Shown: positions 37,782 to 45,780 of the stretch, in pieces
How the letters are laid out: the number at the start of each line of letters is the position of its first letter
How positions within the stretch are numbered: position 1 is the stretch's first letter
Assembly (NCBI GenBank): GCA_964484715.1
Contig: CAZAFJ010000010.1
Location: 1,056-65,055, forward strand
DNA length: 64,000 bases
Source: an uncultured Anaerolineaceae bacterium
GTDB lineage: Bacteria > Chloroflexota > Anaerolineae > Anaerolineales > Anaerolineaceae
Direction: 5' to 3'
Made by a program: the position numbers and the translations under genes
The notes under the pieces: generated by a model
What the model was told of the DNA's origin: nothing
The model's database searches: none
Seen by the model: the letters and a program-made list of their open reading frames with translations, nothing else

Positions 37782-39392
37782 ATGAACACACTATATTACG
37801 GCGATAATTTGGATATCATGCGCAATTATCTGCGCGATGAATCAGTGGATTTGATTTATCTTGACCCGCCTTTCAATTCAAACGCAAGCTATAACGTGCT
37901 CTTTGCTCAGAAAGATGGAACCCATTCTAGCGCACAAATCCGTGCTTTTGAGGATACTTGGCAGTGGGATGAAAGCGCTGTACGTACATTTGAGATGGAA
38001 GTTGAAAAGGGTGGACTAGTCTCAGAATCCCTGCGAGCTTTCCGTTTGATTCTTGGCGACAGCAACATGATGGCATACCTGACCATGATGGCACCTCGTC
38101 TTGAAGAACTTCGTCGCATTTTAAAACCTTCAGGTAGCTTATATTTACACTGCGACCCAACCGCCAGCCATTACTTGAAAATTTTATTGGATATGGTATT
38201 TGGAGCTGAAAATTTTCGGAATGAGATAATTTGGAAGAGAACCTCTGCTCATAACGATCCATCTAGGTATGGAAGAATCCATGACACCATTCTTTTTTAC
38301 ACTAAATCTCATGACTATTATTGGAATACTGTTTATATACCTTATGACACTGAATATATTGAAACTTATTATAGATATATTGATGAAAATGGTAAAAGAT
38401 TTCTTTCTCGTGATTTAACAGCCCCATCACGTGGTTTCACAAGTGGAAAGTACGAATGGAAGGGAATAACCCCACCAGCTTCAAGAATGTGGTCTTACAG
38501 CTTTGAAAACATGTTAAAGCTTGAAAAAGAAGGAAGAATTTTTTACACCAAAAATGGGATTCCAAGACTAAAACAATATTTAGAAGATATGCCAGGTGTA
38601 CCAGCGCAATCAATTTGGGCTGATTTAGTGAATTTACGTTCATGGCACAAAGAAAGCCTCGGGTATCCAACTCAAAAACCTGAAGCTCTCCTCGAACGCA
38701 TCATAGAATCCTCTAGCAAACCTGGCGATGTGGTGCTGGATCCCTTTTGTGGCTGCGGTACCGCAGTTGTAATGGCTGAAAAACTCGAACGTCAATGGAT
38801 CGGCATTGATGTCACTCATCTTGCCATTGGTCTCATGAAACGCCGTCTTGAAGACGCTTTTGGGGAAGGCCTCGAATACGAAGTTATCGGCGAACCCACA
38901 ACATACGAAGAAGCCAAAGCGCTGGCAAATCAGAATAAATATCAGTTCGAATGGTGGGCTCTGGGATTGGTGGGCGCCCGCCCAGCAGATCCTAAGAAAG
39001 GCGCTGACCATGGTATCGATGGTAGGCTCTACTTCCATGATGACGGCTCCAGAAAAACAAAACAAGTCATCCTTTCTGTCAAAGGAGGTAAAACCGGCGT
39101 AAGCCACATTCGGGACCTGGTTGGTGTCCTGCAACGCGAACAAGCTGAAATTGGTGTGCTCATTACTATGGTAGAACCTACAAAACCCATGCGTGTAGAA
39201 GCCGCAAAAGCAGGCACTTACGACTCACCTTGGGGACCCACACAATATCCGAAAGTGCAAATCCTTACCATTCGTGAATTATTGGAGGGTAAGCGCATCG
39301 ATATGCCACCTGTCAGTCAGGTGAATCTCACTTTTAAACGTGCTCCACGACAAAGTAGTCGCTCTGGTGAGCAACCCACATTATTAGATTAA
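37782..39392 (+). CDS. beta-class N6-adenine/N4-cytosine DNA methyltransferase fused to a C-terminal Mrr_cat-like (PD-(D/E)xK fold) domain
   Basis: Motif [11 protein letters not shown] lies near the N-terminus and motif [11 protein letters not shown] near residue 320 (beta permutation). The C-terminal ~150 aa, [12 protein letters not shown]...QVILSVKGG...IRDLVGVL...GVLIT, parallels the Mrr catalytic-domain layout. Confidence 0.85.
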   Translation: MNTLYYGDNLDIMRNYLRDESVDLIYLDPPFNSNASYNVLFAQKDGTHSSAQIRAFEDTWQWDESAVRTFEMEVEKGGLVSESLRAFRLILGDSNMMAYLTMMAPRLEELRRILKPSGSLYLHCDPTASHYLKILLDMVFGAENFRNEIIWKRTSAHNDPSRYGRIHDTILFYTKSHDYYWNTVYIPYDTEYIETYYRYIDENGKRFLSRDLTAPSRGFTSGKYEWKGITPPASRMWSYSFENMLKLEKEGRIFYTKNGIPRLKQYLEDMPGVPAQSIWADLVNLRSWHKESLGYPTQKPEALLERIIESSSKPGDVVLDPFCGCGTAVVMAEKLERQWIGIDVTHLAIGLMKRRLEDAFGEGLEYEVIGEPTTYEEAKALANQNKYQFEWWALGLVGARPADPKKGADHGIDGRLYFHDDGSRKTKQVILSVKGGKTGVSHIRDLVGVLQREQAEIGVLITMVEPTKPMRVEAAKAGTYDSPWGPTQYPKVQILTIRELLEGKRIDMPPVSQVNLTFKRAPRQSSRSGEQPTLLD

Positions 39393-39534
39393 TAAGTTTT
39401 TTGGAACTTTGACCTAGTAAAAAGGAAATACAGGTTGCCTACTTGATACTCTTTTTATTGACACGCTCAATAGTTACATTAAGGTACAATTATTGCACGG
39501 ATATTGACAAAGAAAGCTTTCAATAGGAGCTATT

Positions 39535-40128
39535 ATGACCGACCTTAATGCACAATTGACCATGACTGCCGGGCCCGTTCCCGGTTCGATTCACCTGCTA
39601 AACAAAGCAGAAATGTATCTTGGACGTGACCTGGCGAATGAAATCCCCATTCCAGATGTCGAAATTTCGCGACGCCATGCACGCGTTTTCCAGCAAGGCG
39701 AACTGGTTTTCATTGAAGACCTGGGTTCCACAAATGGCACTTTCGTCAATGGGACACGCATCAGCTCACCCAAACAACTCCATCATGGCGACCAAATTAC
39801 CTTGGCCGAAAGCACGGTTTTTGCTTTCTCGGTTGCCGGCCAACCCGCAGTTGCCCAACCAGCACCTGTACAAGACCTGCCACAAGTTCAAGAAGTTGTC
39901 GCTCAACCAGCGCCAGACTTCCAAGTGGTTGCCCCGCCCGTACCGGAGCGTGACCTCGCTCCCGAACCCGAATTCACCAAAAAACCCAAGAAAATGAGTG
40001 GCTTTTTAATCTTCCTCTTGATTTTCCTGGCCATCATCATTATCGCCACCTTGGTTTTGGTCTTTATGCCCACGTCCTGGTGGTGCATGATCACTTTCAA
40101 TGGGCTAAGTGGCTGCCCGGTAAGGTAG
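39535..40128 (+). CDS. FHA-domain protein with C-terminal TM anchor
   Basis: FHA core: YLGRD...ISRRHARV...IEDLGSTNGTFVNG. A proline-rich linker is followed by one TM helix. Confidence 0.8.
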   Translation: MTDLNAQLTMTAGPVPGSIHLLNKAEMYLGRDLANEIPIPDVEISRRHARVFQQGELVFIEDLGSTNGTFVNGTRISSPKQLHHGDQITLAESTVFAFSVAGQPAVAQPAPVQDLPQVQEVVAQPAPDFQVVAPPVPERDLAPEPEFTKKPKKMSGFLIFLLIFLAIIIIATLVLVFMPTSWWCMITFNGLSGCPVR

Positions 40129-40143
40129 TATTTTTATGGCACA

Positions 40144-40176
40144 AAAGCGCTCAAGCCTGAGCGCTTTTTCTTTTTT
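40144..40176 (+). terminator. intrinsic terminator after the FHA gene
   Basis: AAAGCGCTCA-AGCC-TGAGCGCTTT followed by a T-run. Confidence 0.7.
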
Positions 40177-40190
40177 GAGTGAGCATCCAT

Positions 40191-40196
40191 TATAAT
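40191..40196 (+). promoter_or_regulatory. -10 box TATAAT 7 nt upstream of the second ATG of murI (leaderless architecture)
   Basis: TATAAT-CATGAGC-ATG. The first ATG at 40198 is only 1 nt from the box. Confidence 0.45.
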
Positions 40197-40203
40197 CATG
40201 AGC

Positions 40204-41049
40204 ATGTCAGATATTGATTTACGCCATCAAGCCATCGCCGTTTATGATTCTGGTGTCGGTGGTCTTTCGGTTTTGCGCGCCTTGCTTGACAAGCTCCCTA
40301 ACGAGCATTTTATCTATTTCGGCGACCAAGCCCATGTGCCCTATGGCGAGCGTAGCCTCGAAGCCTTGCGAGACTTAGCCGACGGCGTAACGCGCTTTTT
40401 CATCCGCCAAAATGCGAAAATCATCGTCATTGCCTGCAACACTGCCTCGGCTGCCGCGCTTAAGTATTTACGCGCCAAATATCCTGATCAGATATTTGTG
40501 GGCATGGAACCTGCCGTCAAACCCGCTGCAGAACAAACCCATAGCCACAAAGTCGGCGTCTTGGCCACACCATCTACCTTTCATGGTGAGCTTTATGCTT
40601 CGGTTGTCGAACGATTCGCGAATGGCGTTGAGATTTTCGAAAGCACTTGCCCTGGATTGGTGGCGCAGATTGAAAAAGGGGACTTGAACGGCGAAGGGAC
40701 CTTGGGCATTTTACACGATGCGCTAGACCCTATGCTAGAGGCAAATGTCGACAAAATTGTACTGGGATGCACACATTTTCCCTTCGTCATTCCGCAGATT
40801 GAAGCGATCGTGGATGGGCGCGCCACCGTCATTGACCCTGCGCCGGCCGTCGCCCGCCAAACCGCGCGCGTGCTTGAACAACGCGACTTGCTTTCAACCA
40901 GTAAAAAACCAGGCACAACGCGGCTTTTTACCAGTGGCAATGCTGAAGCCTTGCAAGTCATAACAGAAACATTAATTGGCTTAAAAACCTCAGTCCATCA
41001 ATTGAACTGGCAAGAGGGTGAGCTGATTCTTAAGGACTTAAAGTCGTAA
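40204..41049 (+). CDS. murI: glutamate racemase
   Basis: Blocks: IAVYDSGVGGLSV, VIACNTAS, LGCTHFP. Confidence 0.9.
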   Translation: MSDIDLRHQAIAVYDSGVGGLSVLRALLDKLPNEHFIYFGDQAHVPYGERSLEALRDLADGVTRFFIRQNAKIIVIACNTASAAALKYLRAKYPDQIFVGMEPAVKPAAEQTHSHKVGVLATPSTFHGELYASVVERFANGVEIFESTCPGLVAQIEKGDLNGEGTLGILHDALDPMLEANVDKIVLGCTHFPFVIPQIEAIVDGRATVIDPAPAVARQTARVLEQRDLLSTSKKPGTTRLFTSGNAEALQVITETLIGLKTSVHQLNWQEGELILKDLKS

Positions 41050-41085
41050 TTCAATAAATACTTATCGTTTATCGGTAATTTTCTA

Positions 41086-41114
41086 TTGACATTCAATAAT
41101 TTAAGTGCTAAACT
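41086..41114 (+). promoter_or_regulatory. sigma70 promoter of the 41148-41849 two-gene module
   Basis: TTGACA, 17-nt spacer, TAAACT. Confidence 0.5.
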
Positions 41115-41142
41115 CCTTTTGTAAAAACATTTACAAAGGAGT
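41112..41142. promoter_or_regulatory. near-perfect palindrome spanning the transcription start region and RBS (candidate operator or RBS-sequestering hairpin)
   Basis: ACTCCTTTTGTAAA-AACA-TTTACAAAGGAGT. The right arm contains the AAGGAG RBS of the 41148 gene. Confidence 0.5.
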
Positions 41143-41147
41143 TTTTT

Positions 41148-41624
41148 ATGAACAAGAATAAAATTCTTTCTGGATTGCTCATTTTTGGATTAGGATTCGC
41201 GACTTTCTTTATTGTAGTGGTTGGCACTCAACTTGTGCCTATATCTTTTTCAACTGCAGCAGCCAACCCAGAGCTCGCTCACATGCGCGTGCCAGTGCTG
41301 ATCATGGCTTGGTTCGTTTTGGCTTGTCTCTTAGCCATCGTATTCCTTGCCGTCGCAATGCTCAGTCGCATCTTGAAAAACAGGGTCTTCGAGCAAAAAT
41401 CAGTGAGCCTCTTAAAAGCCATGGGCTTCACCTCCCTCGTCCCTATTCCCGTGCTGATTGCGCTGGTCATCTACACCATGAATAATGTTGCCGGCTCAAT
41501 CACTAACCTTTGGGTCTATTTTGGAATCATGATTTGCGTCATGGCTTCAATCCTCTTCTTCCTGATTAGCTCGCTCTTCCAAAACGCGGTTGATTACAAA
41601 ACCGAAAACGAATTGACGGTATAG
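41148..41624 (+). CDS. small 4-TM membrane protein (DUF2975-like by size, topology and partner gene)
   Basis: Four hydrophobic helices in 158 aa, immediately followed by a ~70-aa HTH gene. Confidence 0.45.
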   Translation: MNKNKILSGLLIFGLGFATFFIVVVGTQLVPISFSTAAANPELAHMRVPVLIMAWFVLACLLAIVFLAVAMLSRILKNRVFEQKSVSLLKAMGFTSLVPIPVLIALVIYTMNNVAGSITNLWVYFGIMICVMASILFFLISSLFQNAVDYKTENELTV

Positions 41625-41633
41625 GAGGTAAAA

Positions 41634-41849
41634 ATGGCGATTATTGTTAATTTAGATGTAGAGCTCGCCAAGCAAAAGATGAGCCTGACCGAATTGTCTC
41701 AAAAAGTTGGCATCACACTTGGCAACCTTTCAATTCTCAAAACCGGCAAAGCGCGTGCGATCCGTTTTGACACGCTCAATGCAATTTGTGCCGCTTTGGA
41801 ATGTCAGCCTGGGGATATTTTAGCGTTTAGAATGGATACGGAAGAATAG
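41634..41849 (+). CDS. small Cro/C1-type HTH transcriptional regulator (YozG-like)
   Basis: MSLTELSQKVGITLGNLSILKTGKARAIRFDTLNAICAALECQPGDIL is the typical pattern of this 70-aa HTH family. Confidence 0.8.
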   Translation: MAIIVNLDVELAKQKMSLTELSQKVGITLGNLSILKTGKARAIRFDTLNAICAALECQPGDILAFRMDTEE

Positions 41850-41850
41850 T

Positions 41851-42264
41851 TTATTTAGAATCAGAGGAACCTTTACGTTCGTTGAGCCAGAAGAAAATCA
41901 AAACCAATAGCAGCGCGAGGTGGAGCAAAACCATAAACAGGATGTTCCCCGAGCGCTGTTCTGGCACCCATAAGACAAACCGCTCGAACCAATACAAGGC
42001 TATGCTCAAAATAGCAGCGCCCCAAGCCACCCAAATTCTCAGGCGTGACCGCAAAAGAATGAAGACCAATGCAGTCAGATTAAGGAAGCCATAAACCACA
42101 CCAGCACCGATTAGATAGCCAAGCCGAACTTTGGAAAGGCCAAATTCCAACAAGACAGAGGACTCCCGCAAGGCGCCAAACACGCGCAAAAAGCCCGAAA
42201 CCGCCATCAGCAAGAACAGCAATGCGGTCAAACGTGCCCAATGGTTTGGCTTTCTTTCAATCAC
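41851..42264 (-). CDS. hypothetical 4-TM membrane protein
   Basis: The GTG start overlaps the stop of the upstream 552-aa gene (GTGA). The protein is hydrophobic throughout. Confidence 0.5.
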   Translation of the reverse strand: MIERKPNHWARLTALLFLLMAVSGFLRVFGALRESSVLLEFGLSKVRLGYLIGAGVVYGFLNLTALVFILLRSRLRIWVAWGAAILSIALYWFERFVLWVPEQRSGNILFMVLLHLALLLVLIFFWLNERKGSSDSK

Positions 42265-43919
42265 TCGTCTACACCCTCAACATCATAATCACTGAGGTAG
42301 CCCAATCGCGCCAAGGCTTCTTGCACCTTTTGCAATCCACCTGCTTTGACAAGCACACTCACCGGGCCAAGTGAATCACCCAACCAAGCTTTGGCTGGCG
42401 ATTGTTTAAGTGCCTGCAAGATGTCAGGCGAAGCCAAGCGCAAGACCAAAACCTTTTCCAGGCTTGCTTCACCGCCAGCTTCCTGCCAACGGTTGAGCGC
42501 CTTGACCAAAACCGGAGGTGGCGCGCTTCGGCCATACTTTCGCAATAGACTAATCAAATGGCGCGGGCTTAGTTTGGCTTTTGCCGCGCTCGCCAAGGAC
42601 GTGGGCGTAATCTGGTAACGGTACTGCTTGGGACCCAGCTCCATCCACTCGGCAAAGCGGGCAACCTGATAGCGCGCGATGGGTGCCGTTTTGTCTGTCA
42701 TAAGGATTAAGCCATTAGAGCGTGCCACCAAGGGATCCTCTGCATCGCCACCGGTTGCATCCTCGGATTGATCAACCGCACCTTGCATCATCGTCTGAAA
42801 AGCAGGTTTAAGAGAAAAGTAAAACTGCCCGTTTTCATCCTGATAGCGCGAAACCAACCCCAAGAAAAACATCCAACGAACGACAAAAAAGGTCAAAAAT
42901 ACGGCTTCAAGGTCATGCCAACTTTCCGTCCCTTTTAACAAAGCGCCTGAAGGCACCCCATAAACAAACCAAAGCTCATAGTCCGCACCCTGGCGCAAGA
43001 AATCCGGGTCAAGCTCGGCAACAAGCTTGATAAAATCAGCCAACAAATACCATTCACCTGCATCCAATTCGCTAAGCCAGGTCAAAAGCCGACGTCTCAC
43101 AGGCAAAGGCTCATTGTGCCAACCGCCCTCACATCGCAGCGCAGGCGTTAAGCGCATTTCATTAAAAAGCCGGGTATGCGCCCATTGGGTGTGCAGCCAG
43201 GCCGCACTTTCCACCTTTGGGCGTTCCAACAGAGCGCGCGCCAAATCAGTCGGTAAGCCATCCCTGCCCAACAGACCCAGTTCATCACCTAAAGCACGTA
43301 GAATGCGCCAATAGTGCGCTGGTTTACCTGTCTTAGCCAAACGCTTTTCTGCCTCGCCCAGTCGCAAGGCAGCAAAAAGCGTGCAATAATCATCCACAAT
43401 CTGCAAACCCAAATCCTGGATTTGCTCAGGCTTTGGTTTTGCCTGCCGGCTCAATCGCTCTTTTAGTTGAATGGGCTTCTTTTCCGGAACATCCGGCAAA
43501 AACGACAAAAACTCATCAGGAATAAAGGCCGTTTCAACCAAATCTTCATCCAACCGAATGAACTCCCGTCCAATGAGCGCCCGATAATAAAGGTGTTCAG
43601 CACTTGAATCGGGAAAATACCAGGGCTTTTCGCGGTCTCGTTTAGCCGGCCCCATTGCGCGGATACTGCCAAATCGCTTCGAAAAATGTGCCCAGGGCAT
43701 CTGGCCACCCTCCTGCTTCAAGAGGGATAAAGCTTCGCGAGCCTGGCTCGGCAAGCTTTCAACCATTTCAACAAAATGTGTTTCGTTGTTAAGCAGTTCC
43801 GCAAGCGATTCTGCAAAGGCGCGTTTGTCAGCACCTTTTGCAGGCACGCCCCAAAGCTCCGCTAAAATGCGCAAAAAGTTTATGTCATAAGTTCTGAGAA
43901 GACTGAGAATATTAGGCAT
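42261..43919 (-). CDS. XPB/Ssl2 N-terminal-like (Helicase_C_3-type) domain protein without a helicase module
   Basis: The C-terminal segment YQITPTSLASAAKAKLSPRHLISLLRKYGRSAPPPVLVKALNRW...LVLRL resembles the damage-recognition/N-terminal domain of XPB helicases (YRITPLSLWNA...). No Walker A or DEAH motif is present. Confidence 0.55.
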   Translation of the reverse strand: MPNILSLLRTYDINFLRILAELWGVPAKGADKRAFAESLAELLNNETHFVEMVESLPSQAREALSLLKQEGGQMPWAHFSKRFGSIRAMGPAKRDREKPWYFPDSSAEHLYYRALIGREFIRLDEDLVETAFIPDEFLSFLPDVPEKKPIQLKERLSRQAKPKPEQIQDLGLQIVDDYCTLFAALRLGEAEKRLAKTGKPAHYWRILRALGDELGLLGRDGLPTDLARALLERPKVESAAWLHTQWAHTRLFNEMRLTPALRCEGGWHNEPLPVRRRLLTWLSELDAGEWYLLADFIKLVAELDPDFLRQGADYELWFVYGVPSGALLKGTESWHDLEAVFLTFFVVRWMFFLGLVSRYQDENGQFYFSLKPAFQTMMQGAVDQSEDATGGDAEDPLVARSNGLILMTDKTAPIARYQVARFAEWMELGPKQYRYQITPTSLASAAKAKLSPRHLISLLRKYGRSAPPPVLVKALNRWQEAGGEASLEKVLVLRLASPDILQALKQSPAKAWLGDSLGPVSVLVKAGGLQKVQEALARLGYLSDYDVEGVDE

Positions 43920-43926
43920 CGTCTTG

Positions 43927-43932
43927 AGTATA
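43927..43932 (-). promoter_or_regulatory. -10 box TATACT 7 nt upstream of the ATG of 42261..43919 (leaderless architecture)
   Basis: The minus strand reads TATACT-CAAGACG-ATG. Confidence 0.45.
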
Positions 43933-43955
43933 CATCAAGCCGTTTTAGCCTGGGC

Positions 43956-44624
43956 TTATTGGTCGATTTTGATGTTGCGAAGACCTTCGATTTTGGAGAT
44001 TTTCTCCACCAGGTCTTCGATGCTTTCAGTTTTTCTAAACTGTGCCACAATGGTGATACGCAGACGGGAGGTGCGCGTACTTTTTCGAACTGAGAAAGAA
44101 ATCAGTTTTTCAGCGATCTCGGTCATAGTCTTGCGCACAGCGCGAATGACGCCTTCTTCATAGTCCACATCCACAACGATATTACGGATGAGATTGGTGC
44201 GCACGAATTTTTTCTCGATAATGTTCATGACCGTCAAAATGATAAGCATGAAAGCCGTGGTAATAACGGCGATAGCATAATAACCAAAGCCCAGCGCTAA
44301 GCCAACAATCGCCATGGTCCAAAGGGTTGTGGCGGTGGTAAGCCCCTTAATATTGAAGCCAAAACGCAAAATAGCACCCGCGCCAAGGAAACCGATACCC
44401 GAGACAACTTGCGCGCCGATGCGGGTTGGATCAGAACCAAAACGAACGCCCATTTCTTCGGATATGATGGCAGTCAGACAGGCACCCAAAACCAAAATCA
44501 TGTGCGTGCGCAAGCCAGCTGGCTGGCTGTCACGCTCACGTTCAAAACCAACCACGCCACCCAATAGTAAGGCCAGGGCTAATCGAATAAGAACATCTTC
44601 TAGGGTTAATTGTCCGGTCATCAT
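43956..44624 (-). CDS. MgtC/SapB-family membrane protein
   Basis: RLALALLLGGVVGFERE...AGLRTH, four to five TM helices and a C-terminal ACT-like domain. Confidence 0.85.
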   Translation of the reverse strand: MMTGQLTLEDVLIRLALALLLGGVVGFERERDSQPAGLRTHMILVLGACLTAIISEEMGVRFGSDPTRIGAQVVSGIGFLGAGAILRFGFNIKGLTTATTLWTMAIVGLALGFGYYAIAVITTAFMLIILTVMNIIEKKFVRTNLIRNIVVDVDYEEGVIRAVRKTMTEIAEKLISFSVRKSTRTSRLRITIVAQFRKTESIEDLVEKISKIEGLRNIKIDQ

Positions 44625-44752
44625 AGCTTTCTAATGCTCAATTTGGACTATTAAGTTTACCATGTTTTCAAGGAATAAACTTCAACAAGTTTTTAAAAAA
44701 AAGTATCTTAAACCAAGACCGCCTGCTTTCACAGGCGGCCCATACTGTTTCT

Positions 44753-45619
44753 CTAAAGTTGCAAGGTCGGGAGTGCCGACTCCGCGGCGCAGACCACACC
44801 GACCAAACCACGGCCGGTATGCGCGCCAAGCGCCGTGCCCAAGATGACATCCTCTTCCCAAGTCATCTTAAAGACCTTTTCCATGGCTTCCTTGAGTTTT
44901 TCGCCACCCTTTGGGTTAGCAGCTGTTACAATTTGTCCATGGAGTGCCGTGCCCGCTTCATGTACCTTCAAAAGCAGTTGTGGAATTTCCTCAATCGCTT
45001 TTTGGAAGGAACGGCGTTTGCCACGGTCATAATACTTTCCATCTTCTTTATCAACTTCGATAATCGGTTTAATGCCTAAAATCGAAGCCAAAATGCCTTT
45101 CAAGTGACCAATGCGCCCACCCGCGATCAGGTACTTCAAATCGGGCAAGGTGAAATGCGAGGTCACCGCGCTGCGAATTTGTTCAACATGCGCCAGAATC
45201 TCCTCACGAGATTTATTGGCTTTGGCCATCATCGCCGCCGCGCGCACTTGCCAGGCTTCACCAGCAGAAAGCGTGAGCGTATCAATGACGGTGATGTTGG
45301 CTTCGGGGACCATCTCGGCTGCTTTTTGGGCAACAGAAAAAGTGCCACTCAACCCAGAAGAAATGTGGATAGAGATAATGTCGGGGTCTTCTTCAGCCAG
45401 CTTTCGATAGACATCCGCCATTTCGCCCAAACTCGGGGTTGATGTCTTGGGCAAACCTTCGGCATTGTCCATCAGGTCATAAAAAGCTTCGGGTGTAATA
45501 TCCACCCCAGCTTGATACGAAATGCCATCCACTTCAACCTTGAGTGGGAAAACGGTTAACCCTAATTCTTTATATTCCTGTATCGAAAGATCGACACCAC
45601 TATCGCAAACAATTTTCAT
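44753..45619 (-). CDS. DegV-family fatty-acid-binding protein
   Basis: MKIVCDSGVDL...TSTPSLGE...HISSGLSGT is the typical DegV pattern. Confidence 0.85.
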   Translation of the reverse strand: MKIVCDSGVDLSIQEYKELGLTVFPLKVEVDGISYQAGVDITPEAFYDLMDNAEGLPKTSTPSLGEMADVYRKLAEEDPDIISIHISSGLSGTFSVAQKAAEMVPEANITVIDTLTLSAGEAWQVRAAAMMAKANKSREEILAHVEQIRSAVTSHFTLPDLKYLIAGGRIGHLKGILASILGIKPIIEVDKEDGKYYDRGKRRSFQKAIEEIPQLLLKVHEAGTALHGQIVTAANPKGGEKLKEAMEKVFKMTWEEDVILGTALGAHTGRGLVGVVCAAESALPTLQL

Positions 45620-45780
45620 ATTGTCCTCAGTCCTTGTACTTGACTTTTTTGTCCATTCAAAAAAATTCAGAGTCTTATTGCGTGCGCAATTAAGACAAGC
45701 ATTATTATAGTTATTCTTTAATTATTTACAAAGTTTTATACTTGTAAAAATGACGATGGTCACCCTTTTGTAGCGCTTTG

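Noticed and set aside
44718-44741. Hairpin CCGCCTG-CTTTCA-CAGGCGG after degV as an intrinsic terminator.
   Set aside because: There is no adjacent U-tract on the minus strand. It may be a weak or factor-dependent terminator, but the evidence is too thin to list.
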